Positions 10,607 to 22,383 of a stretch of DNA of 64,000 bases are shown here, piece by piece. The notes under the pieces are model-generated. The model had not been told where the DNA came from. It did not search any database and worked only from the letters and a program-made list of their open reading frames with translations. The stretch's first letter is position 1. The number at the start of each line of letters is the position of its first letter. The stretch covers positions 186,001-250,000 of IMG/VR virus record IMGVR_UViG_3300038424_000251; one strand, given 5' to 3'. Both the position numbers and the translations under genes were made by a program.

Positions 10607-11546
10607 CTTTTTCTAAACATTTTATATATGCGTAGTTCCATTCACAATACCAACAAGTATAATAGAATCTTTGAAAAAGACCGTTATCTGTTATATCTGT
10701 AGGTATTGTATTATTAGCACCACACTTACTACATTTTACATTTGTTGTTTTATTTTTCACTTCTTTTTAGATTTGGTATAACAACATCTTCGGCCATTTT
10801 TTGTGCCATAGCAGACACTTGGATTAGTTCTTTAAGAAGATTATTTAGATTACGTTCTTCTGTTTGTTTTTTAACTTCATTCCAAGCTTCATCCAATTCT
10901 TCGAGAATTACAGCATACCCTTCATGGATAGAGAGTATAGGACCATGCTTCCGCCTAGCCCTTTTTAATTCTTCTCTAACTAAATTATTAAACTTCATCA
11001 TATCCCAATAATTTTCCAATTTCTTTTTTTTCAAATGCTATTCTTTGTAAAATATATTCAAGTTGCAGTCTAAGTCTATTCTTTGCATGAGCAGTTTTAC
11101 ACAAATTATATTTATTGATTAGTTGAGTAGCTTCTTTAAGTGCCCATTCACCATTTTGCACATATAAAGCTTCATCATCTCCAATATTGTCATCATATTC
11201 TTCCATATAATAATTAATTTTCTGTTTGATTTGTTGCCGCAATCATTTTTAACTGGTTGAATTTGTTATCCAAAGCCAGTATTTTAGAAGTATCGTGTTC
11301 ACGCATCTTTATCTCATATTCTATTCGTTTTTGCAAGGCAATTATTTGTTTGCTCACTTCTTCTTTCTGGTCATAAAGTAAAGTAGCGTCATTCCATTTT
11401 GACATGAGTTTATCTGACTCTTTTCCTAAGAAATATACCGTTGCCAAATCGAGTTCTAGTTTTTCTTGAAATTCTTGAGCTTCTTTTAAAACTGTCTGTA
11501 GTTCTTTTTCCAAATTTTCTTTTTTCATTGGATAACACTTTATCAT
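10554..11546 (-). other. flanking small hypothetical ORFs (10554..10760 zinc ribbon, 10988..11242, 11214..11546 coiled coil)
   Basis: ORF track; CSKCG...CWYC motif in the first. Confidence 0.5.
10750..11034 (-). CDS. MazG-like nucleotide pyrophosphohydrolase domain protein
   Basis: HEGYAVILEELDEAWNEVK...KELIQVSAMA ExxE helices. Confidence 0.65.
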   Translation of the reverse strand: MKKKKLENYWDMMKFNNLVREELKRARRKHGPILSIHEGYAVILEELDEAWNEVKKQTEERNLNNLLKELIQVSAMAQKMAEDVVIPNLKRSEK

Positions 11547-11640
11547 ACAATCAAAAATTACACAACTTTTTATAATCTAAACGGTTGACACATGTATATA
11601 AAAAATGGACAAATGACCATTTTTACAATAGAATAAAATC

Positions 11641-12184
11641 ATGATTCAGGCGCAAATTATAATAAAAGATGAGCATGGAGAAAGTATCAGAGTATTTAAC
11701 GATGGTTCACCGTATGAAAAATTAAAAGCTGGTGATATTGTAGAAGTAGAAATGTGTGAACATGGAGATTTAAAAGATTATTTAGTTGATGCAACACATT
11801 GGAATTTTGGTCATTTTGGGAATACATTAGTTATACACCTTCAATCAGTCAATCCAAAACCGGAAGTTAAAATGACTGTTCATTTACCGCCTTGGTCATC
11901 GAATATTAGCCACTCCCTCTATCTACCACGCCCTTTATCACGTTTATCAAATATCCATACTTCTTGACATTTGGATTTTTATATGATAGGATATTATTAT
12001 GACACTAAAACTTTACGCAAATAGTAAAAATATTATAAAATTTCTAAATGAAGAAAATTCAATATCAGTAAGTCCTAAACTTGATTATCAATTCAATACT
12101 GAAATTATAATAGATACCAATGACTACCAAATTACTAATTCTGGAAGTTTATTCACAGTTCAGAAGAAAAAGTCAGTGGTCTAA
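11641..12184 (+). other. two hypothetical ORFs (11641..11967, 11999..12184)
   Basis: ORF track; second headed by promoter at about 11965. Confidence 0.55.
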
Positions 12185-12201
12185 CAGACAATATTAAAAG
12201 T

Positions 12202-14136
12202 ATGGACACTGCAACGTTATCTTTAATCAAAAAGAAACAAGAAGAGTTAGATAATTTAAGAATACAGTTAAAAAAGGATTTCATTGGTCTTGATGATGTT
12301 GTTGACCAAGTTATTGAAAGTATAAAAGTTTGGTATATTTTTCCAGAACTACAAATTAGACCCACCATCCTATGCCTATGGGGGCTTACTGGCGTAGGTA
12401 AAACTGATTTGGTTCGTAAAATGGTATCCTACATTCGGATGCAGGATAGATTTCTTGAAATTGAAATGAATGGCAATGATTCTACATCAATTACTATTCA
12501 AGGAAAAATGGAAGAATCTTCACTTTCCCCAGAAGAACCATGTATTCTTTTCTTGGATGAATTTCAAAAATTTAGAACCATTACAGAACAAGGTGAACAA
12601 ATTCCAGAAAACAGAGCTTATTCAGATGTATGGACATTATTAAGTGATGGCAGGTTTCATGCTGATTTAAGCAAGAAAACTGAACTCCTTAGTGAACTTC
12701 TTTACAGTAAATATTATGCTGATTATGAGCGTGTTTACCATGATGAAAAAGAAGATAAAAAGAAAGAAGCTAAAGAAAGTAAAAGAATATACAAAACTGG
12801 CGTTTCTTTGGCTCGTCGCGTAAAACGTCTTTTTAAATTGGAAGATTCTGTTGAAGAAATCATGAAATATAGTGAGGACCAAATTTGTGACCTATACGAA
12901 AGATTTTCTAAAAACCCTACAATTTTTGAGGGTGAAATATACAAAAAACTGCTTATTATAGTTTCAGGTAATTTGGATGAAGCTTATAAAATTGCAAAGG
13001 ATGTTGACGAAGTTGATTTAGATGCTGATTGGTATCATGAATATAGTAAAAGAATTACCGTTTTGGATATTAAAAACGCACTAACCAAGAGATTTCGTCC
13101 CGAACAAATTGCTCGTTTTGGTAATACTCACATTTTGTATCCTTCGTTAAGTAAAAAGAATTATTATCAAATTATTAAGATGAAATGCAACCAAATTGGT
13201 GATTTAGTTACTTCAACCAAAGGTATTAAAATTCAATTTCATGATTCTGTATTTGAGACAATTTATAAGAATGGTGTATTCCCAACACAAGGCGTTAGAC
13301 CATTGCTTTCAACAATTACCAATATTCTTTCATCTGTATTACCTAATTACATTTATAATTGCCTATTGGATGATGCTACTTTATTGAGAGTAACTTGCCA
13401 CGGTAATAAAATGACTGGTATATTTAAGAGGAAAAAAATCGTTATAGAAATTCCTACCGTGCTGGAATCTCTCCGTGAAAAAATTGATGAAGATTCACGC
13501 CATGTTGTGGCAGTTCACGAATTGGGACACGCAGTTGTTTACACTTTATTATTTAATACTGTTCCTGCACAGATTTGCACGGATTCAATCACATCGTATT
13601 CTAATGGATTTATCCTTCGTCATGCAATGATGGAAAACAAAGAAACTCTTTTAAAAAAATTAACGGTAGGAATGGCTGGAAGAGCAGCAGAAGAAATAGT
13701 ATTTGGTGAAACATTTGCTAGTGCAGGTGCTGCAAAAGATATTGAAAATGCAACTAGCGCAGCTTGGAGTTATGTTGGTCGTTATGGATTTGGCGATTTT
13801 TGTGGCGCCATCACATCTAAAAGTAATGACAATGAATTTGAAATTTTTGACCGTGAAAAAATTGGTCAAATTACTGAATCATTGTTAAAAGAAGCAAAAG
13901 AACAAGCAAAAAGCCTTCTTCATACAAATCTCAAATTTTATCAAACTGCTCTTGGAACACTTATGGAAAAAGGTAAAATTTCTCCGAAAGAATTTGAAGA
14001 AATTGCAATGAATTTTGGTATTTCTGTGAAAGAAGTTAAAAGTGGAGAAAAACTAATGCTTGATTATGAAGAGCTTTCAAAGAAATTTCTTAACTCAAAA
14101 AGACTTTCCAAACCACGCAAAAAACACAACGCTTGA
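12202..14136 (+). CDS. AAA+ ATPase (ClpA/B NBD2-like) fused to peptidase M41 (FtsH protease) domain, no transmembrane segment
   Basis: Walker A GLTGVGKT, Walker B ILFLDEFQK, RFRPEQIARF, GVRPL; zinc motif AVHELGHA, MAGRAAEEIVFG, GAAKDIENAT. Confidence 0.8.
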   Translation: MDTATLSLIKKKQEELDNLRIQLKKDFIGLDDVVDQVIESIKVWYIFPELQIRPTILCLWGLTGVGKTDLVRKMVSYIRMQDRFLEIEMNGNDSTSITIQGKMEESSLSPEEPCILFLDEFQKFRTITEQGEQIPENRAYSDVWTLLSDGRFHADLSKKTELLSELLYSKYYADYERVYHDEKEDKKKEAKESKRIYKTGVSLARRVKRLFKLEDSVEEIMKYSEDQICDLYERFSKNPTIFEGEIYKKLLIIVSGNLDEAYKIAKDVDEVDLDADWYHEYSKRITVLDIKNALTKRFRPEQIARFGNTHILYPSLSKKNYYQIIKMKCNQIGDLVTSTKGIKIQFHDSVFETIYKNGVFPTQGVRPLLSTITNILSSVLPNYIYNCLLDDATLLRVTCHGNKMTGIFKRKKIVIEIPTVLESLREKIDEDSRHVVAVHELGHAVVYTLLFNTVPAQICTDSITSYSNGFILRHAMMENKETLLKKLTVGMAGRAAEEIVFGETFASAGAAKDIENATSAAWSYVGRYGFGDFCGAITSKSNDNEFEIFDREKIGQITESLLKEAKEQAKSLLHTNLKFYQTALGTLMEKGKISPKEFEEIAMNFGISVKEVKSGEKLMLDYEELSKKFLNSKRLSKPRKKHNA

Positions 14137-14169
14137 CTTTTTTTATAGTTGTGGTAGAATTCACTAAAT

Positions 14170-15966
14170 ATGCCACAAGAATTACCAATCACAACTTCTA
14201 AGTATAAGTGTCAGCGGACTGAGCCATTTAGATGTGATAATCAGAAGGATAATAAGATATTACATATTTGCACTATTTGTAATCCTAATCATTTGCATTT
14301 AGAATGTGGTATATGTGGGTATCAGTGGAATGAATTTGTTAAAAAGAATCAATGAGAATTAAACTATGAAAAATAACCATATTGGTAGAGGATTAGCCAC
14401 AATTGCTGCAGCGGCGATGTGTAGTGTTATGTTATGGCAGACACAAGGACAATCAGGAATTGGTTGGTTCATTATTGCCTTAATTATTATATGGGGATTA
14501 TAAAATATGAAAAATCTACTAAAAAAATATTACGAACTTACGGTTATTCCCTCTATAGTATTAGGGTGTATTACTACCCTTGGATGGTACGGCTTCCATT
14601 GGGCAAATGAAGGCATAGTCTATGTTACATCGGGTGAAGTGATTTTTGCCTTTCTCTTTTTCCTTATTCTTATGACAATAGAAGATGTTTTTAAAATAGT
14701 CAAACCTTTTGTTACCAATTTTTATAAAAAATATGATGGTAATAATTTTTAAATATTTATTTACATTTGCTTTAGGACTTACTTTTGGTTTCTATTTGCT
14801 TCCTCTGATTGTTGAAGAAATAAAAGAATGTCTCTTATTTACCTCTAACAAAGCTGCATATATTGCTAAAAATGCAGAAAAAGTAGAAAAACAATCAATC
14901 ATCAAATCTAGGGTTTTCAAAGATAGGTTGGAAGAAATTCTAAAAACTATTAAAGAAAGAGCATCAGAAGAACATACCTCCGTTAGAATTACTTTCATTG
15001 ATTCCTGTAAAACTGATAAACAAATCAGAATAGCTCTTAAAAAACGAGGATTTCAGAGTGAAAGAGAGTCTGACAATAGTTTGCTAATTTATTGGTAAAT
15101 TTGTCAAACAAAGTAAGGCTTGACTTTTACCATACTTCGGTTATAATAACAGTAATATGTTCAATACATTTTTCAAAGGCAGTGTGGATGAGCTTTTAAA
15201 TCACGTTGCTACTGCTCCAAAGTCGGAGATTGACAAAGTAGGCAATGGAAATAAACGTGTAAGCAGAGAAGAAGCCATTGAAATGACGATGGATGATTTA
15301 AAAATTCCCCGTGAAAAAGCGGAGAAAATTGTTACAAAAATCCAACTTGAAGAATATCACAAAATTGCTCAAGGTTTAGTTGAAAAGGGGCTTCTTGAAA
15401 TTACTGAATATGATGAAGAATTTCAACCAGTTTATGGTGTCACGGAAGCCGGGAAAAAATTTGCTAGTCTTTCTTAATGATATGTCATGAAAAGACCGAA
15501 AATCAAATATGTATCAATAAAGTTGCCGGCAGATATAAATGCTTATCCTGTTGACAAATCCGGTAGTCCAAAATTACCTAATTATACTTCCAAATATTTG
15601 AGAAATTATGGAAGAAAGCTATTTAATATTCTCCTAAATAAAATTCCATCCAGTATATACACTGAATTGGTTCGTTGTATTAAACAAAAAGAAAAACTTT
15701 GAACGCTTGACTTTTTATAAAACTCTAGTAAACTCTAGTAAACTTTAGCCATTATGAAGAAAAGAACCAACATATCAGTCGCCATAACAGCAGATGAATC
15801 ATATCCTGTTTACAATTTGGAAAAGATAAAAAGAGGCGAAAAACCTTCTGCAAAATTAAAACTTCCAATAAGATTATTTAATGAATATCAATCAGTAACA
15901 AAACGAGTGAATGAATTACACGTTGCCATAAGAACATTAGTTGAACAACAACATTTATCTCCATGA
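14170..15966 (+). other. run of small hypothetical ORFs (14170..14355 zinc finger, 14507..14752, 14709..15098, 15157..15477, 15487..15702, 15754..15966)
   Basis: ORF track; several have their own promoter. Confidence 0.6.
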
Positions 15967-16601
15967 GAATTGCTATTTTAAGTTGGGGTTCGTTAATACA
16001 AACGGGTGTCCAAAGAGGTTTGTTAATTGACGGGGATTGGCATATAGGTGGCCCAATACTTCCCCTTGAATTTTCCCGTATCAGTCAGTCAGGCGAAAGA
16101 GCCGGTTGTCTAACACTTGTCATTGATGAGCAAAACGGTGTAAATGTTCCAACACACTACGCCCTTAGTTCTTATACTAATCTAAACAATGCTATTTTTA
16201 ATCTTAGAACAGTAGAAAGAATTACACTAATATATAGCATAGGATATGTTAATATTACCAATAATACCGAACGTGAGTTTGCACGAAGAAAGCATCCAAT
16301 TGCTTGCAATACTATTAAAGCATGGGCACAAACTAATTGTTTTGATGCAGTTATTTGGACGGGTCTTCTATCAAATTTTGAAGAAAAGACAGGCATACCA
16401 TTTAGTGTAGAAACTGCTGTTCAATATCTTAGTCACTTGAGAGAACCAATAACATCCCGAGCGTTTGAATATATTCGTAATACACCTGCAGAAGTTATAA
16501 CTCCACTTCGCAGAGTTGTAGATGATTCTCTTTCTGTTACCCCTACTCCCATAAGGGATGAAGTACCACCCCCCTTTTCTTTTCATTTTAGGCCATTATA
16601 A
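15963..16601 (+). CDS. gamma-glutamylcyclotransferase-fold-like hypothetical protein
   Basis: N-terminal IAILSWGSLI and LPLEFSRIS resemble the GGCT-like YGSL loop; weak. Confidence 0.4.
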   Translation: MRIAILSWGSLIQTGVQRGLLIDGDWHIGGPILPLEFSRISQSGERAGCLTLVIDEQNGVNVPTHYALSSYTNLNNAIFNLRTVERITLIYSIGYVNITNNTEREFARRKHPIACNTIKAWAQTNCFDAVIWTGLLSNFEEKTGIPFSVETAVQYLSHLREPITSRAFEYIRNTPAEVITPLRRVVDDSLSVTPTPIRDEVPPPFSFHFRPL

Positions 16602-16624
16602 CTTTACATTAAAGCCTAACACGC

Positions 16625-17647
16625 ATGAGAATGTTTAATAAAGAAAGACGTTATCCAATTTCAAAAGAAAACGAAATTGAAACATTTAAGAAAGAGCTTG
16701 AATATTATCGCAACTACAATGTGTATAATATTAGGTTATTCGGGTATAGAATCATTAATATCTACAAAAACATAAATGTTCAAGTTGTCATTAGTAAAAA
16801 TTGTAATTATTCTTGCCCATTTTGTATAGAAAACGACCATACTATCAATGAGGAAATTGAATCTCCTATAGGCAAAATTTTTGATTCTATTATTGACCAA
16901 TATACTGGCCAAGGAATTACACCCAGCGTATCAATTACAGGCGGCGAGCCCACTTTATTTCCTGAAAGATTAAGAGAGATTTACCAAATTGCTATTAAAA
17001 GATGGGGCCTCTCGCGTGTCAATATAAATACCAACGGAGTTAACCCTGATATTCTTGAAGAAATGAAAGGTATCAGGGTTAATCTTTCACGTCATCATTA
17101 TTGTGAAACAAAAGCTGACATGATTTTTGGTAAGAAGTCTGATTATGTCATTGGCAGTAATATCACAATGCAATGTGTAATGATGAAAGGTTTTATTGAT
17201 TCCGTTGCTGAAATAAAGAAATATATGGATTTCTTCATAGCAATGAGAGCTGATGGATTTTCTTTCCGTGGAATGTCAAAACTCGACGCCAGCAAAGAAT
17301 ATGTCAGAGAAATTGATTTTAGCACCACTCATGCCATTGACTTCTTTTCTATTGTAAATGAAGTATCAAATGACCCGGCTTTTGAATTTGTTCAACAAAA
17401 AATTGGCGACCATTATTTTTATGAGATTTACAAATATAAAGGGAAACCTGTTCGTTTTACTTATTCCAATTTTGAATTTCTAAGAAAAGTTGAAACCGAA
17501 GAACGAAAAAATGGTAAATCCTACAGTCGTGCTACCATTATTTCTCCATCTGGCAAGGTTTACACGGGTTGGACATACAATATCAATGAATTAACAATAC
17601 CATCATCATATCATTTTTTTAGTGGTGCATCTATTTCCATCGCTTGA
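16625..17647 (+). CDS. radical SAM protein
   Basis: CNYSCPFC (CxxxCxxC), SITGGEPTL, INTNG. Confidence 0.85.
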   Translation: MRMFNKERRYPISKENEIETFKKELEYYRNYNVYNIRLFGYRIINIYKNINVQVVISKNCNYSCPFCIENDHTINEEIESPIGKIFDSIIDQYTGQGITPSVSITGGEPTLFPERLREIYQIAIKRWGLSRVNINTNGVNPDILEEMKGIRVNLSRHHYCETKADMIFGKKSDYVIGSNITMQCVMMKGFIDSVAEIKKYMDFFIAMRADGFSFRGMSKLDASKEYVREIDFSTTHAIDFFSIVNEVSNDPAFEFVQQKIGDHYFYEIYKYKGKPVRFTYSNFEFLRKVETEERKNGKSYSRATIISPSGKVYTGWTYNINELTIPSSYHFFSGASISIA

Positions 17648-17680
17648 CAATCAATATGAAGATGATATAATAACTTCATC

Positions 17681-18297
17681 ATGAAAAACATACTAACAAA
17701 ATTAGCCAACAACAAATTTGTTTTATATTCCATTCTTGCCTATTCATTTGCTGCCCGAGTGCTTTTTGAATTTGGGGTGCCTATTGGAGCATTTTTTGTT
17801 TTAAGTTTTAAGACTGCTTCAATTCTTTTTTCTCTCTTAATCCTCTGGCAGTTGGTAAGTTATGTAATTCTTATCAAAGCACAGCAAGAAAATAAGAAGA
17901 AAGTAACCGTTTATTTTGATAATCCCACCGATGCAGGGAAATTTGAGAGCAGACTTAGCCATTTAAGAAATATGCTTCGTTTTGATTTGGGTAGAAATGA
18001 AGATGTTACAGAAACTATTGATGATTTGAAACAAACACTTGAAAAAAGTAAAATGATTCTGAACAGTTAAACAACAAAATTGGAATAAAAATTATGTTAA
18101 GCACAATTTTTTTAATTATTTATTACACTCTATTATTAATCGCATTTGGACTGATTGCCTTTGGAGTTTGGTTTACTATTTGGTTTTTCCGCAAAGAAGC
18201 GCAATATAAGCGAGAAGATGCCGAATCTTTAGATGCTTGGAATAAAATGACATCAGAAGAACGAAAAGCAAGTGGAAGAGCAAATCGTTTTTGTTAA
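17681..18297 (+). other. two small membrane proteins (17681..18070, 18094..18297)
   Basis: ORF track; hydrophobic helices. Confidence 0.6.
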
Positions 18298-18395
18298 TTA
18301 AAATAATGGAGAGCGGTGACGCTTGACTTTCTATAAAAGTATGGTAGAATGTTTGTGTTGTTGAGAGAGAACGCAAACAAATAAGAACGCTAATT

Positions 18396-20741
18396 ATGAT
18401 ACCCGTAAAAGATTGTCCCGATGTAGTTCATCAAACCACTCCTATTGCTCGCATTGACATGGGTAAAATGGATGAAGAATCCATTCGTGTGATGTTGGAG
18501 CAATCACGCGATGGATTTTATTCAAACAAGGAATTGGCTCCCATTAGAGAATATTCAACTAATGCACGGGATGCACACGTTGAATCCAATTGCCATAGCA
18601 GACCAATCGAAGTTACATTACCTTCTCAATTGTCTCCCGAACTTCGTATTCGTGATTTTGGCAAAGGTCTTTCATTTGAAAGATTATGTGACGTTTATTT
18701 TCACTATTGGAAAAGCACAAAACGCGGTTCCAATGATACGAATGGTTGTTTGGGTATAGGTAGCAAATCAGCAATGGCTTATTGTGACGCCTACACCGTC
18801 ATTTCAATTTGTAATGGTGAAAAGATTGTTGCTACAGGTCAGAAAAATGGATATGCTGATGTTATTTTCCGTGGTCAAAAAGATAACAGTGAAGTAGATG
18901 GTATAGAAATTGTTATTCCTATTCAGCAAAAGGACATCGCAAAATTCATTCACGAAGCGATGGAATTCTTCAAATATTGGGATATTCGTCCTGTTTTTCA
19001 TAATATTGAAGAAGATACTTTAAAAGAATCATTCAATATTATGGATACCAAGCCTTTCCTTTCGGGGGAAGGTTGGGCAATTCGCCCTTCTGGTTATGGT
19101 AATAGCGAATCAAAAGCTATTATGGGGTTTGTTCCCTATTCTATTGATTGGGAACAGGTTAAGAATAGTATTCCACCTGAAATTAACCAAAAAATTCATG
19201 GTATATTTGATTTTCTCCAAGAAAATCTTACCACACTTTATTTTAGTAATGGCACCTTGTCGTTTACGCCCAACCGTGAATCACTTCAATACAATGAACC
19301 TACGGTAAAAGCTTTAAGTGAGAAACTTGTATCTATTTATGAGAGCCTTCTAAATCTCATTACTGATAAAATTTCCGATGCTCCGAATATTTGGGAAGCG
19401 AAAATTCGTTACAATCGTATTTTTCGAAGAGAATTAGAGGGATTTGACAAAGAATCAATGTATAGCGGCAACCTCAGCACACTTGAAAGAATCTTAAAAG
19501 GCCGTATTCAATGGAAAGGCATTACTATTGAAAATGGCTTATTTGAAGAATTACATGAGTGGGATAAAAACGATGGTAAATTGGACTCTAATCAATACAG
19601 AAGCAGTAGTGAATCTATGCCTGTATTAAATACTTATGTTAAAGACGATGACAGAACAGGCATTAAATCTTGTAGTAGGAGAAGCCGAAGGCGTTGGAGA
19701 AGCTATAGTAATAATCAAATAATCGCTTCACCAAAATCTGTGGTAATTATTCAAGATACTGATAAAAATTCTTTAGCCAAAGGTCTGGCTCGTTGGTTTC
19801 TTTACAAATCCAACAAAGACGTGTCACAGGTTTATGTTCTTAATTTGTCAAATTCAGCTGTTAAGACAGCTTTCTTCAAACATTTCAATTTTGACACGGT
19901 GCCTGTTTCTTATGTGTCACAAAATGAACCGTTAATCAAATCATATTTGAAAAGTATTAGAGCGCCTCGCGGAAGTGGAACTGGTTCTCCCCGTGAATCC
20001 CAACCTCTTTATTGCCCATTTGTGGAAATAACAAATCGGCGAACTGCAAATTATGTTTCTGAACCATCTTGGAATTATGAAAATGTTAATGCCCGTGGAG
20101 TTGAAGGTGGTGGTTTTTATGTAGTTTATGCAAAAAATTTCTTCACCTACGATGGTAAAGACATTGAACACGGTTCAAGTGGATATTTTTGGCAGGCTAT
20201 CTATGACTTAGCTCTAATAGTTGGTGAAAACATACCAAAAGTTTATGGTATTCATCCAAAAACTGCCAACTCTGTTTGGTTCAAAGAAGCGATTGAAGAA
20301 GGTTGTTGGACAAATCTCTTTGATTGGGTGAAGGAAAATATTGATAAATTACCAAAAGATATTATCAAAAAAGTTTCAGCCTATTGTGATATTGAATATA
20401 ATCGTGTAGGAACTATCCCTGCTGAAACTTTGGCTCTCTTACTGGTTGATGGTAACGGAATTGCAGCTAAATATTTCAAGGAAATTGCCGACTTTGGTAA
20501 ATATTGGAATACTAAAAACATTCCTACATTCCTTAATATTCCGGGTTGGAAATATGATGAAAACAACACAAAATATTTTGAGAAACTAAATGAAGAAATG
20601 AAAAAGAAATATCCTCTTTTGTTCAGAGTAGCTCAAACGTGTGTAATAGGCAATTGTGACCAAAATAGTTGTAATACATTAAATTCTGATTTAGCAAAAG
20701 AATTGGCCAATTATATCAACATGGTTGATGTTTATGCTTGA
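18396..20741 (+). CDS. rIIA: rIIA-like protein (N-terminal GHKL/Hsp90-type ATPase)
   Basis: PIREYSTNARDAH, IRDFGKGLS, GCLGIGSKSA, FTPNRESLQY; lies upstream of rIIB-like gene. Confidence 0.8.
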   Translation: MIPVKDCPDVVHQTTPIARIDMGKMDEESIRVMLEQSRDGFYSNKELAPIREYSTNARDAHVESNCHSRPIEVTLPSQLSPELRIRDFGKGLSFERLCDVYFHYWKSTKRGSNDTNGCLGIGSKSAMAYCDAYTVISICNGEKIVATGQKNGYADVIFRGQKDNSEVDGIEIVIPIQQKDIAKFIHEAMEFFKYWDIRPVFHNIEEDTLKESFNIMDTKPFLSGEGWAIRPSGYGNSESKAIMGFVPYSIDWEQVKNSIPPEINQKIHGIFDFLQENLTTLYFSNGTLSFTPNRESLQYNEPTVKALSEKLVSIYESLLNLITDKISDAPNIWEAKIRYNRIFRRELEGFDKESMYSGNLSTLERILKGRIQWKGITIENGLFEELHEWDKNDGKLDSNQYRSSSESMPVLNTYVKDDDRTGIKSCSRRSRRRWRSYSNNQIIASPKSVVIIQDTDKNSLAKGLARWFLYKSNKDVSQVYVLNLSNSAVKTAFFKHFNFDTVPVSYVSQNEPLIKSYLKSIRAPRGSGTGSPRESQPLYCPFVEITNRRTANYVSEPSWNYENVNARGVEGGGFYVVYAKNFFTYDGKDIEHGSSGYFWQAIYDLALIVGENIPKVYGIHPKTANSVWFKEAIEEGCWTNLFDWVKENIDKLPKDIIKKVSAYCDIEYNRVGTIPAETLALLLVDGNGIAAKYFKEIADFGKYWNTKNIPTFLNIPGWKYDENNTKYFEKLNEEMKKKYPLLFRVAQTCVIGNCDQNSCNTLNSDLAKELANYINMVDVYA

Positions 20742-20771
20742 CAATTTATAAAAATGTGATATACTTCCATT

Positions 20772-21267
20772 ATGAAAAGCAAATCCAAAATACAAGAATT
20801 TTTAGAACGAAATAAAATTGTTTCGTTTGGCGGTCTTTACTTCGGTAAACCCATCATTGGATTGGATTTGTTTGAAAAAGAAATTTGGATTACACAAGAA
20901 TGTGAAACAGGCCACAATATCGGCGTTCACGTTTCTTGTCGTGGCGATGATGAAATCATTGTTGGGTGGTCTGAACTTGGATGGGTGTTATATGGAAAGA
21001 AATTTGTTGAAAAACTCATTAAAGAATTTAAAGAAAGTTTTCCTGAATTCGATGTTCATGAATATGACCATTTGCCTTTTGTCAAAAACTACATCAAATT
21101 TAACAAATAAAAATATGGATAATTTAATTGAAAAACTTTTGTATCAAGATTCTTGGTGGTGTCCAAGAGAATTTAAACCTATTGTATTTTCTGTTGGCAT
21201 CGGCGTAGTCATTGTTATTGGTATTATCATTAGTCTGTTGATGAACCATTCGTCGCTTGACAAATAA
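20772..21267 (+). other. two small hypothetical ORFs between rIIA and rIIB (20772..21110, about 21115..21267)
   Basis: ORF track; leaderless promoter at 20738. Confidence 0.55.
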
Positions 21268-21310
21268 TAACAAAGGTGTATAATAAATACCGTCAACTAA
21301 AAAACCGATT

Positions 21311-22321
21311 ATGAATATTACATTTATCCCGAAAAGGTCTGTAACGCTTGTCACTTCTGACTTCCGCGTTCTTACCGCAACCAAAGATAACCCAAACTGG
21401 CCCAAAATTGAGGCTGCCATCAAAACTAACGATGAACAATCTCTTATTGGCGCCATTTCAATCAAAGAATCAATTCGCCGATTTGGCAGTGGCGTAAAAG
21501 GGTGCGGCGATATTACTATTAAGAACGACAACATTTTTTACCGTGGAGTAAAACTTTTCGGTGAAGATGTGAATCGTATTCTATCTTATCTCCGCGGTGG
21601 TTTTCCTGTGGAAAGCATGATTCTCTTTCTTGAAGCAAAACTTCGTAACAAATACCCCGAATCCGTAGCTTCTTTATACTCATTTTTGGAAAACAAGGGT
21701 ATGCCCCTTACTGACAACGGCACCATTTTGGGATACAAAGGCGTTGGAACTGATTATTTTTCAATTAATACTGGTTCCGAACCTTTAATTGAAGGAATTC
21801 GTAACGAACGTGGCGCTATCCGTAATCAAATTGGCGATACTGTTTGGATGGACAGGTGTTATGTTTGTGCTGATAATTCTCAACCGTGTGGTCCCGGTCT
21901 TCATATTGGTTCAAAGAATTATGCTACAGGTTGGGCTGGTGCTGGGCACGTAATGGTAGCTGAATTCTCACCCGAATATGTTGTTTCGGTTCCTAATTGT
22001 GAGCATGAAAAACTTCGTGCTTCCCGTTATCGTATCGTAGGTGAACTTCGTGGTGACGTTCTTAACGATACTTATGATAGCAATTATGTTCGCCCGGATG
22101 GTGCTACTGACCCCGATACTCTTAATATCGAAGGCGAAACGGATTGGAGTAATCTATATAAAGTTAGTGACTGGTCAAAGGGCAATTCCAAGGGTGTCAA
22201 GGATGGAAGAAGCCATCAAAAACGCCTTTTCTATGAATGTGACAAGGGGCGAACATTCAAGAAATACTCAAATGAATGGATAGACGGTTACTTATCAGGA
22301 TATAGAACTGGTAGAGAATAA
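21311..22321 (+). CDS. rIIB: rIIB-like protein
   Basis: LYSFLENKGMPLTDNGTILGYKGV, CGPGLHIGSKNYA, VVSVPNCEHEKLRASRYRIV. Confidence 0.8.
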   Translation: MNITFIPKRSVTLVTSDFRVLTATKDNPNWPKIEAAIKTNDEQSLIGAISIKESIRRFGSGVKGCGDITIKNDNIFYRGVKLFGEDVNRILSYLRGGFPVESMILFLEAKLRNKYPESVASLYSFLENKGMPLTDNGTILGYKGVGTDYFSINTGSEPLIEGIRNERGAIRNQIGDTVWMDRCYVCADNSQPCGPGLHIGSKNYATGWAGAGHVMVAEFSPEYVVSVPNCEHEKLRASRYRIVGELRGDVLNDTYDSNYVRPDGATDPDTLNIEGETDWSNLYKVSDWSKGNSKGVKDGRSHQKRLFYECDKGRTFKKYSNEWIDGYLSGYRTGRE

Positions 22322-22383
22322 ATTTCCTCTCACAAAAACGACACGTCTAATTAGCGTTCCACGTTGTCGTCGGAAAAAAGCAA

